Assembly (NCBI GenBank): GCA_030141605.1
Contig: JAQGDQ010001671.1
Span: 1-30,368 of the forward strand
Length of the DNA stretch: 30,368 nucleotides
Source of the DNA: Tubiluchus corallicola
Taxonomy: Eukaryota > Animalia > Priapulida
Direction: 5' to 3'
The notes beneath the pieces were generated by a model. It saw nothing but the letters and a program-made list of their open reading frames with translations. It was not told the DNA's origin and ran no database searches. Positions 12,001-25,700 of the stretch are shown piece by piece. A program made the position numbers and the translations under genes. Position 1 is the stretch's first letter, and the number at the start of each line of letters is the position of its first letter.

Positions 12001-15000
12001 CATGGGTGTTTGTGTGCTTGTGTGACTGTTTGTGTGCTTGCATAACGATTTCTATGCTCGTGAGACCGTTTTATGTGGTTGCATGACTGTTTGTATGCTA
12101 ACGTGACTGTTTGTGTACTTGCATAATGATTTCTATGCTTGTGTGACCGTTTATGTGCTTGCATGACTGTTTGTATGCTAACGTGACTGTTTGTGTGCTT
12201 GCATAATGATTTCTATGCTTGTGTGACCGTTTATGTGCTTGCATGACTATTTGTATGCTTGTGTGACTGTTTGTGTGTTTGCATGACTATTTGTATGCTA
12301 ACGTGACTGTTTGTGTGGTTGCATAACGATTTCTAAGCTTGTGTGACCGTTTATGTGCTTGCATGACTGTCTGTATGCTAGCGTGACTGTTTGTATGCTT
12401 GCGTGGGTGTTTGTGTGCTTGTGTGACCGTTTGTATGCTAACGTGAATGTTTGTGTGGTTGCATAACGCTTTCTATGCTTGTGTGACTGTTTGTGTGTTT
12501 GCATGACTATTTGTGTACTAGGCGCTACTGAACCGGGTTAGGGATGGATGACCATCAATAAAATCACTTTAGATCAGTTTCAACTATCATACTGCCACTG
12601 GCTATTAATCTTGTTGGTGAAGGAATCACCATAGAAGCTTATCTTACATAATTAGCTATGTTCCCGTACCACCACAACTACAGGCCTTGCAGTGAATGTA
12701 GAAAACATGAAGACTAAATAAAATATTAAACTTACCATTTTGAAATGCCGGCAATTTCATCAAATAAAAGCAAAGCGAGAAGATGTGAAATATTGTAGCA
12801 GGTCTCTTTTTCTTTTTGGTACAACAAAGCAGCTAAAATATAAAAAAAACATAGAAAATAAAGTAACCGTCACTTTGCACAGAAGTACAGAGACGTAGAA
12901 AATAAAGTAACCGTCACTTTGCACAGAAGTACAGAGACGTAGAAAATGAAGTAACCTTCACTTTGCAGTGAAGTACAAAGACGTAGAAAATGAAGTAACT
13001 GTCACTTTGCAGTGAAGTACAAAGACGTAGAAAATGAAGTAACGTTCACTTTGCAGTGAAGTACAGAGACGTAGAAAATGAAGTAACCTTCACTTTGCAG
13101 TGAAGTACAGAGACGTAGAAAATGAAGTAACCGTCACTTTGCAGTGAAGTACAGAGACGTAGAAAATGAAGTAACCTTCACTTTGCAGTGAAGTGCAGAG
13201 ACGTAGAAAATGAAGTAACCGTCATTTTGCAGTGAAGTACAGAGACGTAGAAAATGAAGTAACCTTCACTTTGCAGTGAAGTGCAGAGACGTAGAAAATG
13301 AAGTAACCTTCACTTTGCAGTGAAGTACAGAGACGTAGAAAATGAAGCAACCGTCACTTTTCAGTGAAGTACAGAGAGTAGAAAATGAAGTAACTTTCAC
13401 TTTGCAGCGAAGTACAGAGACGTAGAAAATAAAGTAACTGTCACTTTGCAGCGAAGTACAGAGACGTAGAAAATAAAGTAACTGTCACTTTGCAGTGAAG
13501 TACAGAGACGTAGAAAATGAAGTAACCGTCATTTTGCAGTGAAGTACAAAGACGTAGAAAATAAAGTAACTGTCACTTTGCAGTGAAGTACAGAGACGTA
13601 GAAAATAAAGTAACTGTCACTTTGCAGTGAAGTACAGAGACGTAGAAAATAAAGTAACTGTCACTTTGCAGTGAAGTACAGAGACGTAGAAAATGAAGTA
13701 ACTGTTACTTTGCAGTGAAGTACAGAGACGTAGAAAATGAAGTAACCGTCACTTTGCAGTGAAGTACAAAGACGTAGAAAATAAAGTAACTGTCACTTTG
13801 CAGCGAAGTACAGAGACGTAGAAAATGAAGTAACCGTCACTTTGCAGTGAAGTGTAGAGACGTAGAAAATGAAGTAACCTTCACTTTGCAGTGAAGTACA
13901 GAGACGTAGAAAATGAAGTAACCGTCACTTTGCAGTGAAGTACAGAGACATAGAAAATAAAGTAACCTTCACTTTGCACAGAAATACAAACATAGAAACC
14001 GTTATGCAACCACACAAACAGTCACGTTAGCATACAAACAGTCACACAAGCACACAAACAGTCTCACAAGTACACAAACACCCATGCAAGCATACAAACA
14101 GTCACGCAAGCACATAAACGGTCACACAAGTATAGAAACTGTTATGCAAGCACACAAAATAAAGTAACCGTCACTTTGCAAGGAAGTACAAAGACGTAGA
14201 TACCAGCAAAAAAGTTCAGATACGGAATCTTAATCATCTATAACTAATTTTTCCTTCTATAAGGAATTTTTTCTAAAATGTGACACCCCCGTAAACTTTT
14301 GCACCCTAGGATGTAGCCTAGTCAGCCTCTCGGTTAATACACTCCCGCTTATTTACAAATATCATAAAAAAATTCAATTCAAAAATATGCAAATAAGAAA
14401 AGCTAATCAATTTGGAACAACAATACTAACCGCGTAACAGCTGATAGTATACGGTAACGTCGCCCACAAGTTTGCGTCTGACATCGGAGTTCTGATGCGT
14501 TAGCAACCGGAGAATTTTCACACAGCTTGGGATAAAGAGTACACAAAATTCCTGGAGATAGATGAGCAAATTTCAACATTTCATAAACCAGATATTTATA
14601 CGTAACAAAATCGTGAAAGCATTCGCTAGCAAACAGGGATGTTGCCGTAACTGAAATTTATCAGACATAAGAAACCGATACCGCAATGAAACCAAACAGA
14701 AACATTTTTTGCAAAACCAAGTAGTATTAAAACTGAAAAAAATTCTAAAAAGGTAAAATATTTTGTTTTTTTGTTTGTCTGCTTTTATTTGCTGTGATGC
14801 AAAATTACTGATAAAAAACACAAGACTGTTTTATACTATAGAATCTCAAGTTTGATGGAGCGGCTAATATTAGAAAAATTAATGTGTAACAATGTTTTTG
14901 GATTTAACTATCATTAATAATTAACGTTTAAAAATCATAATTCTTCATTAAAATAAAGAAATGTTACCTTGTAGATACTTTGCTGTCTATATTTCATAAA

Positions 15001-16650
15001 TTATAAAATTAAAAAGAATTTTGCTCATATAAACTCAAAGTGGTTTGATATTTCGGTTGATTGGGCCCGGAGACAATAGAGGTCAGCACTGAAGATATGT
15101 AACATTGTCGTGAAAAGTACATCACAAATTGTTATGTAAGCGAAATTTATTTGAACTATTTTGGTCAAGATTTTTCAGCAGTTTTTGACATCTAGGAGCA
15201 AAGAAAAAAGAAATTGGATAAATGCTAGTAAAATCATCCAAAATTTCGTCTACCAAACTTAATACCTTCCACCGAAACCGAAAGTGCAATTATCAGCAAA
15301 TCGAACCAAAAATTTCATTCGGTAACATCACAGCTTGCAAAGTGTGAATGGAAATTTAAAATGGCTTAATTCAATTCACGTTTGAATAGTTTAATAAACT
15401 CTCATTTCTCGGAGGTTCTATTAACCAGAAGAACAAGCAGAAGAACACGAAAAAGAATACATTTCTTACCGGAGACGATTCATCTAGTGCTGAGTTTAAC
15501 TGCTGCTGTATGACAGAAAGACCATTCGATTTCAAAAATGCTCGATGAAGATTGATGTCTGAATTAAAAAACGTAAATTAAAATTACAAAATTAACGCTT
15601 AAAGGAAAATGTATAAAACTTAAACTTTCACTCACTTCCCAAACAATATAGTCCTTGTTTCTGGACTTGAAATTTCATGAAAACGCTCGTTCGTTCAATT
15701 CATGCGAGGTTTCATAATTTTTTTACCGTGAACGGACATCCTTTCACTTCAAACCTATGGCTAATAACTGTAGGGCATTATCGTCAAGTTGACTTTATTC
15801 ACGCCCTCTGCTCGAGCAAGTCATCATTATTAAAACTCTTTGCTTTACTGTTTTTAAAACTATAAACACTTTTGCGCTAAACGGTCTTTGTTGTTGCACC
15901 GACTTGTCTCAGGGTTGCCAGTTGACCGAGTTGCCAGGGTGACCGAGTTGTTCGTAAGACAAAAGCAAGTCAAATGTGGTGAAATTTAAGCCAAACCTGA
16001 GCGTGAAAATAGTCAAATATAACCCAAATGCACGAGTTCAATTTCAATTTTTGCTACGTCTTAATAATCAACAATCGACATTATTTTAATCAACGAAGGC
16101 AGCCATGTTGTCAATGACGATCATAATTTTCCTTAATAAATAATGTTTAAGCAGCTTTCAGTTTAGCGAAATGGCAACCCAGTTACTGTACAGAGCAAAC
16201 GAACACTATATAGAATGTTCGTGCATTATTGATGTTTATGAGCAAAATCATTGCTAGCATTTATATTATTGCACCTCTTCAACAAATTACGCAAAAAATT
16301 CCGGGAACCCAATGACGCATTACGTAAGGCGAATACGATGAGAAAGAGTTTTGAATTCTTCAAATTTCCACGCCAGAGGTTCTATTATTATTTATTTACC
16401 AAACAATGTTGCTCACAATCCAACATAAAGAAAAGGTTACCTTCCAAAATAAAGGCAAGTTGTTCGGAAGCACTTTTCTGTGCCGTTATCTCAACCTCAT
16501 CCGAAACTAGAAGATTCATCACCTTCTGCATACTTTCTACCTGTATAATAACAACAATAATAATGATAATAATGATGATGATGATGATAATGATGATGAT
16601 GATGATGATGATAATAATAATAATAATAGTAGTAGTAGTAATAATGATGA

Positions 16651-16733
<83 letters not shown>

Positions 16734-19700
16734 TTTAAAATACACTAGGCACCACTTAATAGACTCACTTTGGTATGGAAGTGTTTCGACCCAATTAACC
16801 GACTGGTTCAATTAGTCGACAGGTGTAGCATATTAGTACAATAGAAGTACTGCAAAGCATGCATTGCAAAGACTAAATGAATTTTAGAAATGAATTAATG
16901 TGGAATTGTTCAAAAGAATATTAATTTACATAAGTGAATAAATAAAAAACGAAATAAAAAAAATCTCACAAATCTGATTATCACCACTAAAAATTACAAA
17001 AATACATGCAAGGTCGGTTGCTTCATTTCTTCACGAACAAGTTGGTTTATGAAATTCTCATAGTGATAAAAACATTGAGAATCTGTTACTGTATACTGTA
17101 CATATTCACTCAAAACACCTAGTCACCTAGTGCTTGAGCTGCAGTTGGTGATGACCTTGTTTCCCCTGTGAAAAGCAGCGGGAACTTCAAAAGCAAAACC
17201 GCTGGTCAAGTGATTAAATGTTTAGCTTCCAGAAACAACGAGGTTAACTGCAGTGGACAAGCGGGTGACAGATTCAAAGCAAACCGCTGGTCAAGTGCTT
17301 AAATGTTTAGCTTCCAGAAACAATGAGGTTAATTGCAGAGGACAAGTGAGTGACAGATTCAAACCAAAACCACTGGTCAAGTGATTAAATGTTTAGCTTC
17401 CAGAAACAACGAGGTTAATTGCAGTGGACAAGCGGGTTACAGATTCAAACCAAAACCACTAGGCCAACATATTAGTGCATAAGATAAACATACTGTACCT
17501 GCTGTGACAGATTCAAAGCAAAACTGCTAAGCTAACATATTAGCACAAATGATAAACGTACTTGTTTACAAACAAAGCTGTATCTAACATGACTGTTTCT
17601 ATGTACATCATACTGCACAAAATAGATGTAAAGATGATGCAAAGGTAGTAAAAGCTTTTTGGTCACACACAAGTGTCTTATTTTAAGCACGTGAAGGAAA
17701 AATATTGAGTCAATCATGCAGAGTTATTTAACTCAATTACCGAACGTTTTTAAATACATTTGGACAGGAGCGGCCCAGACATGTTTGAGTCAATTAAGCG
17801 ACTGATTCTATTAACCATGAGTCTAATAAACGGTACCTACTGTAATAATAATATTAATCATTTTAAACTATCATGCACACAAATGAACGTTGCTTTGTTA
17901 CAAAATATACATGTACTTCCTGTGGCGAATAAAATCATCAATAAACCAACAATTAACAAGATGAATTATAATCACAGCACGAAAATAATAAATAAATTAA
18001 ATAATAATTAGTAAATTATTTGGCACACTTTGTTGAAAAGAAAACGACACCTGTATAACGGATGGAATTCTAGCCTCCGCATTAACTGGCTGTTCGTACA
18101 GGAACAGGTGAGGTAGATTAGACAGGTCGACATCAGATAAATCAGGTCGTAAGTGAAGAGAATTCTCCTCTCGTGCAAGCAACGTTACTAGACGTGAAGC
18201 GGCGTGCACACGGACACTACAATTGAAAAAAAATCAAGAAGTTCAAATAGCAAAGAAAGAATACGAGGAAATTTACACCTAGTTTTCTCCCAAACACTTA
18301 CAATAAACGAGATGTTCAGCGAGATTTTAGAAGCTGCCCTTTTAATGCACAATTCTTTTCAAACTTAAGCAACATTAGCTTTGGCAAGTACTCGATTAGG
18401 TGACCAATGTATCTATAAAGCCGCAAAAAAATTAAAACAAAATTAAAAAAAATTACTGTAAGCAACGTCCTAAGGCCATAAGGTCTTGAGGTGAGCAATA
18501 TACAGTTCGTCTTCACTAAATGACTCCCCCCCATTTAGCGACGCTGATTATTTAGCACTCTGTCCTCATTTAGCGACGCACGTTCCAGTTTAGCGACAAT
18601 TTTGCTCAAAGTCACTCTTCATTTTATCAACAATTTTTTCTCAACTAATTTAAAGCATTAAAAATGGTACATATTGAATTATTCTGTTCTAAAAACTTAC
18701 TACTGACAAAAAACTCTAGAATTGTGCATGTTTTTGCTTCCTGACCGACTGCGCACAAGCCAGCCATTTGTAGCAAGCAAGCCTCCAGACACCCGAGTTT
18801 AAATTTTACCCCCGAGGAAATATGCCAGCAACCCGTTGATATAGCAACCAGTTTGTACTGCATTCATGAAATTATGCCAAGATCGCTCCAGAGCTTGGCT
18901 TTCACTGTGCAGCGGTTAACCGCTAACCGCATACAGGGCTTCAACGTTAATGGAAGAGAAACCCGCTAGTAAGTCTAGCCAGGTGTTTGTAAGAAAGGTA
19001 GGCGGTTCGAAGCAAACAGAAAGAAATTAATCAGTAGAAATATGAAAAAAACATTTAATTCACATGATTTAACCAACTCTGATTCTTGCCGCTAGAACAC
19101 ATCTCAGTTCTTTTACATTATTTGCTACGGAAGTCTTGGTTTCACTTAATGACGTTTCGCTTAACGTCACATTTTGCTGCAATGCATTAGCGTCGTTAAA
19201 CAAGAAGTTACTGTGGTCATTATGCATCAGACTAATACGTCTTGGTTTCACTTAATGACGTTTCGCTTAATGTCACAGTTTGTGTGTTGTGTTGGGTTTG
19301 TGGTGTTTGTGTTTTTGGTTTTTTGGTTTGTTGTTTTTGCTGCAATGCATTAGCATCGTTAAACAAGGAGTTACTGTGGTCATTATGCATCAGACTAATA
19401 CGTCTTGGTTTCACTTAATGACGTTTCGCTTAACGTCACATTTTGCTGCAATGCATTAGCATCGTTAAACAAGGAGTTACTGTGGTCATTATGCATCAGA
19501 CTAATACGTCTTGGTTTCACTTAATGACGTTTCGCTTAACGTCACATTTTGCTGCAATGCATTAGCATCGTTAAACAAGGAGTTACTGTGGTCATTACGC
19601 ATCAGACTAATACGTCTTGGTTTCACTTAATGACGTTTCGCTTAATGTCACATTTTGCTGCAATGCATTAGCATCGTTAAACAAGGAGTTACTGTGGTCA

Positions 19701-22700
19701 TTATGCATCAGACTAATACGTCTCCTTTAATTCAATAAATTATCAGTAAGACAGCAGCTATGAGAAATTAATCAAAATGCACCGGCTACCTTGTTCCTCG
19801 ATCGATGAAGTGTTAAGAACAAATGCATTAAAAGCAAAAACTTTTGAAAACATTTGTATAACTTTATCTTTTGTTTAAACTTGTTTTCTAACCTGTCATC
19901 AGAGCAGAACAAAAGTCGGAGATTGGGACGTAGCACATCAGCAGTCGGCAACATGGGCGGATCACCTTCCGAGGGAAGTTCAACCAGAGACATTAGGAAT
20001 TTTCCCAGTTCACTCTCGCTGTCCGTGTGGCCCTAAAACACAGAAATTACAAACTTTGGTAAAGTTCCCTGGAAAGAAATAATTTAAGAATAATTTGTAA
20101 TATCTCATTTTACTCTAAAACCATTCTGGGAAAGATTAATTCCTTCAGGACCGCGCCATTCAAAATAAGTCTTATAAAACCTGTGACTTTTCTGCTGCTG
20201 TATGAGTACAGATATAACTAAATGATTACAAATTAGCTACTGTTCTATTCAGGAAAATTTCAGCTATCCAATCATACTATTTCTTTAACATTTGCAAGTG
20301 ATTTAATTGGATAAAATTAAGAAAAACACGCCCTTTTCAGGCATTCCAACTTAGCCTATTGAGAAGCTTAATCTGGTGTGCACCTGTGTGATCGTACACA
20401 CTATTTTATTGATCGTCTGATTGCTGCAGCCCAAGAGAACTGTCTGGTGTTCCAGGAAAAACCAACCGATCAGCCGAGGGCAAATTAAGGTCGTTTCAAC
20501 TATTAACAGGAATTTCCCCTTAAAAATAGAGTAGACTTGAGGCCAAAGTGTGTCAGAGTGTTGTGTCTGGATAGTTGAAATTTTCTGCATTAGCTGATTT
20601 CACACAAGTGATACTGTACATTGTTACAGTGCAAACACTGCAGTTACTAAAAGCTTTTTTCAATTTATTCTCCAAAAATTGATTTTTAATTTGTTTAAGG
20701 TAAGCAAAGGCATTTCACATATAATTTTGCATGAAAGTCCATTATGTGGGGAGTAGAAACCTACAAAAATTATGAAATATAACGTAATCACTGCTTGGTG
20801 AGAGCAGTTTTTCAAGAAGCCATGCAAAATGCAGCAAACACTTACAATCCTGAAGGAGTTAAACAAATCTTCGTAAACGTTGAACTACAGTCAGAATCTC
20901 AATGCCACAAAACAACAATCCAGAAAAAACGGTTTGAAAGAGATGGATAAGAAAATAAACGACAAAGAGAAATAGCATCATTTCTCACTCTCTGTTTCAA
21001 TAAAATGTAAGAACATGTTACCAAATAAGGACAAGCGGTCCTTTACCTGTATAAGAGGCAGAAGGGCAGCCACGTTTTCCGTTAACTGATTCCACATCTC
21101 CACGTCCATCAGCAGCTTACTCCGGAGCAAATGAAGGAATATCTTCGTTGCGTAATTGCGGATCTGCATGAGATACGAAAAGCGTGAGCACGAATATCAT
21201 CAAACAGTTTCTACAAATCAGTAATTTGCAGTAATTCAAAATAATTTAAAAATTAAAAACTACAGTCGCGAAAAACATCTGCAAAAAGAAAAATCTTACA
21301 AAATGACCAACAATGATATCTTTGTCGTCGTCGTCATCATCATTGTCATCAATAAGTTCGTGACTCACCCGCATAAGTTTGTAATTTACCCGCACTAGCT
21401 CATTACTTACCTGCACAAGTTAGTTATTTACCTGTACAAGCTCGTGAGAAAAACCAGCCGTGCATATTTCTCGTAAAATTCTACACTGGATTAGAACCTT
21501 GGCGTCTTTGTAAACACACAATCCCGGAACCGTGGCCTCCTCTACGTTAAGACAATTCTAAAAAAACAGAAAACAATTCTGTAGTTATAAAGTATGTTTA
21601 AAGTGAAGAAAATTGTTAGGATGCAAAAACAGCAAGAATTAGCCAAAGAATGCAGCAGGAATTAGCCAAAAAAAATGAATAAAAACAGCAATAATTAGCA
21701 AAAAAACGATGAAAAACAGCAAGAATTAGCAAAAAAACGATGAAAAACAGCAAGAATTAGCAAAAAAACGATGAAAAACAGCAATAATTAGCAAAAAAAC
21801 GATGAAAAACAGCAATAATTAGCAAAAAAACGATGAAAAACAGCAAGAATTAGCCTAAAAAATGATGAAAAACAGCAATAATTAGCCAAAAAATGGGAAT
21901 CACACATTGAAATAAATCAAAATACACTAACACATAGCAACAAGACAAGGAAAATCTGCTAATGAGTCTTTTCACAGTTCCAGCGATTGATAATGATCGT
22001 GCAAAGGTTAAAGGTTAAGTGTACCAGACAACACATTTGTGTAACTTGACAACGCCTCACAGCCCAAGCTATTGTAATAGTAGCAGTTTTAACCGCTAGC
22101 TAGAACCTTACCTAGTTTAGCAGAACCCAAGCAAGATCCTGCTAGTAAATCACTCTATGTGCAGAATAATGCATAATTAAGTAAAGTCCTCGTAAACGAC
22201 TGAAGTTACTGAACTGATGTGACATATTGCTTTGCTTTACAAACATCATCTGACGGTTGTAGTTAAGACGCGTTGCTGTGGTACGAATACAGCAACTGCT
22301 CATGCGCACAACGAAACTCTCAAGTTTAGTCTTGTAGTTTTGATAGACCTGTTGTTATTTTGCATTATAGAGATTTACATACAAATGTGCTGCAAGCTAG
22401 TAGCATGATGCTCATAACCCAAATGATAACAAACTTTACAGAGTATGCTTCACTTTCTTTTACGGATTTTCTAAATATTTCGGTAGGAGGGCTTAAAAAC
22501 ACAGCACCATTCAACTTTAATGGACATCCAGCTCTCTCGGCCAATGCTGGTTTCTCTAAAGAAGCTCATCTTCCCATCGGGATGATGGTAATCAGAAAAC
22601 ACTTTGACGAAGCCACCGTGTTTAAATTTGCACATGGTTTTGAGAAAATCAGAGAAAAGGGAGCAAGCGTGAAACATGTTGAAAATATTTGTGTTAGTTT

Positions 22701-25700
22701 GCACTTAATAAATTTTATTACACAGTTTGAAATAAAGTTGAGTGTTGTTTCTTGAGCAATGCCAAACATCTAAGGCACAATGATTGCACATTATGATTTT
22801 TTACTAACATTCACCATGCCATTTTAACGAAGACTCTAACTTTGTGACAGAACCAATTTTGAGCTTTGTGTCAGTGTTGCAGCATTTCTACAGGTGTCCA
22901 CTGAGTGGTTTCATTTTCATAGATGAATTGCAACTGCAAGAGGGAATATTAGTATTCTCTGTCTAATGTCATTAATTTCACATTAGTATTTTTAATAGCA
23001 AATAAAAGATTTTACTACTGCTGCTGCTACTACTACTACTAGTAGTAGTAGTAGTAGTAGTACAGTAACACGTTCGTTTAATGCTTAATGAAGCTAATCA
23101 TTATTTTCATGGCATTGTAATTCAACCTGGTAGCTTAAGAGTCTGTCGTTTTCTTCCCGCATTGCGTACATTGTTATCTTAACATTAATGAAAATTAAAA
23201 TTCGCAAAATTAATTTTAAATCGCCAGAAATTTTGATCCGCATTTTGCCTATCTTTAATAGTAGATCGTCAATCCAATCTGATCCGCAAAAATCTAGCGG
23301 ATTTTTGTCCAATTCGCGGGCCGTAGACAATAATCAAGTATACGCAGCCTGGTCCCCACTCTTTGCTTGGGAGCATCAATATACTTTGTAAGACTCGACC
23401 CTATTGGAAGGTTGGGCTTTCTTTGGCGACCAATAAAAACTTAGTTTACTTTGGGCTAGTTACTGTGGCAACAGCAACACAACAAAGCTGCTTTTATGAC
23501 GGCAGACGAATAAGTAACCAATGTGACTATTGAAGCTCCTTAGTTACGGAGTTATCTTCTTAACTAAAACTGCAAAAAAATTTTGCTAATAAAAACGTAT
23601 TCCAAAGAATGGGAAATAACAGCAGTCGAAGACGGAGACAGATGCGCGAAAGAAGGAGAGCGTCGAGAGGTAATGTACAGTATGTTTTGCAATTTTTCAA
23701 CGTGTTTTTCTTAAGATTTAAGCTTCTAAAGTAAGGATGCTGATCCAGTCTCAGGGTCGCTCTCGCATAGTCTTAGCTTTTTACACATACGAACATGTTG
23801 TTCTGTGTTGGATAGTAAATTTACACCTAGTATTCATATCCGTCAAACTCTGCATGAAAATCAGTCAGCAAAGGTTGGATGTCTAACCAAGTAGTTATAC
23901 GAGCACGTTTTGCATGAATGGCTCAGAAATACCACCCGAGTACAATACTCACTCTAAGTCGTTGTTTTTGCCATATGTACTGATTGCAGCTGTTTATCTC
24001 GTAAAGGGAGGCAAAATCTCACATCCAAATTACGCTACTGTAGTCTGTATTGTGAAAATGACGTGTGCAACGAAGGGCTACCAAGCTGGTTCCATCATTC
24101 AGTGACTTGGACTACACAGAAAGACTAAGGAAATTAAGCATTCGTCTTCTTAATATAGGCACCAACGAAGTGACATGATTCAGGTTTTTAGAATTGTCAA
24201 AAAAATCGACATTTTGGACGAGTCATCCTTCTTTAAGCAATTACTAGAGGTCATCCTTGTAAATTCAACAAACCCAGAGCCAGATTGGATGTAAGAAAGT
24301 ATGCCTTCAGCAACCGAATAGTCAACAGCTGGTATGATTTAAGCAGCAAAACTATAGCATCTAAGTCAATAAATGAATTCAAAGGAATATGAGCGGAATC
24401 ACAAAAAAATCATTATGACATACACATACTAAATTCAGTAGAGAACAGGCATTACAGGTGATCCATGGATCTACCTCTAGCCTTAACATTGAATATGGAT
24501 ATGGATAGTCAAGTCTGTGTCTTGGACAGTTATCCTTAATAATGAGCCAGGCTCTCCTCTGGACATTTGAGTCACAGTGGACCATACGTCAACCCTACAC
24601 AGTGTTGTAGCCTTACACTGACTTGGCTTGCAGTGTGCCAATGTACATAAAAAAATGAAACCTTCAATTTTCATCTGCAAAAAGCCTTAAAAAACCTCTA
24701 AAATGTAAGTAATTCATCAGCAGCTGTGGGATCGAGAGATTACCCAGGGAGCTTGCACTACTCCTTCGAACCACAGTTATTTTAAGCTAAACTGTTTAGC
24801 AAATAATTATTAGAGTATACTTTGTACAACATTTATGTTCTGCTTGGGTTCTATAGCTCCAAATTTTACATGTAGTGCAGTAGTAGTAAAGAAATGCTTT
24901 TCTGATCCAACTTGGCCAGATTGGCTAATTATTTTTAGTTTTGTTTTGTCAGTACTAGAGTTCAAACCAAATGTTACTTTGATATTATTTTCCTGAAGCA
25001 AAATCAAACATAATCCAAGGCGAAGAAATTATCAATACTAGGATCGACTACTGTAGTCTTGCAACTGAAATTAAACTAAACGCTAAACCCAGATTTGTAG
25101 TACTGCCTTGCACAAATGATATGAGTAAAACTACTAGTAAAATTTGTACATTTAACAGAGTTTTCACTCCTCATAGAAGAATTCTAAATGTAAACTAGAA
25201 TTAGTATCCTGAAAATAAATATGCAATGCTGTTAGAAAATTTATCACACTATATGAGACAGAGTATGTGTGAAACTACTTCAGCTAAATTAACACCCAGA
25301 TATAATGTCGAATCTATTAAGAGCTAGCACTCTTGCTATGTTTTTCTTTTCAGGGACCATGGCCAGACAGCCACCTGCATACGAGGATGTACCACCTCGA
25401 TATTCCCTCCATGAATATCCACCGCCCTCCTATGAGGAAAGTAATCGACGCCAGTTCCTCGCGAACCGGTACTCAGAATCCGATGAACCTGCTCCGTATG
25501 TATGCTTTCAAACGTGTGAAGAGTTTCATTCACATGCTGAAGATGAAGAGTTTACCAACTGGGAGAGAGACACGGCGGAAGCAAACACGGATGACAACAA
25601 CTGGGAGAGAGACACAGCGGAAGCAAACACGGATGAGAACAACTGGGAGAGAGACACAGCGGAAGCTGAAGATGAAGAGTTTACCAACTGGGAGAGAGAC

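Noticed and set aside
299-12504. Short ORFs over tandem repeats (299-541, 2834-3397, 6880-7365, 9072-9392, 11525-12504)
   Set aside because: Products of repeat periodicity with no recognisable protein features.
15910-16182. Possible hAT MITE (CAGGGTTGCCA ... TGGCAACCCAG)
   Set aside because: Only an 11-bp imperfect TIR and no matching 8-bp target duplication; too weak to call.
16251-16811. ORFs with poly-N/M/I/H/Y runs
   Set aside because: Translations of the trinucleotide microsatellite.
25305-25353. ORF-track start MSNLLRASTLAMFFFS for the 400-aa ORF
   Set aside because: This stretch is the pyrimidine tract and acceptor; the upstream exon 23609-23669 gives a better-supported N-terminus.
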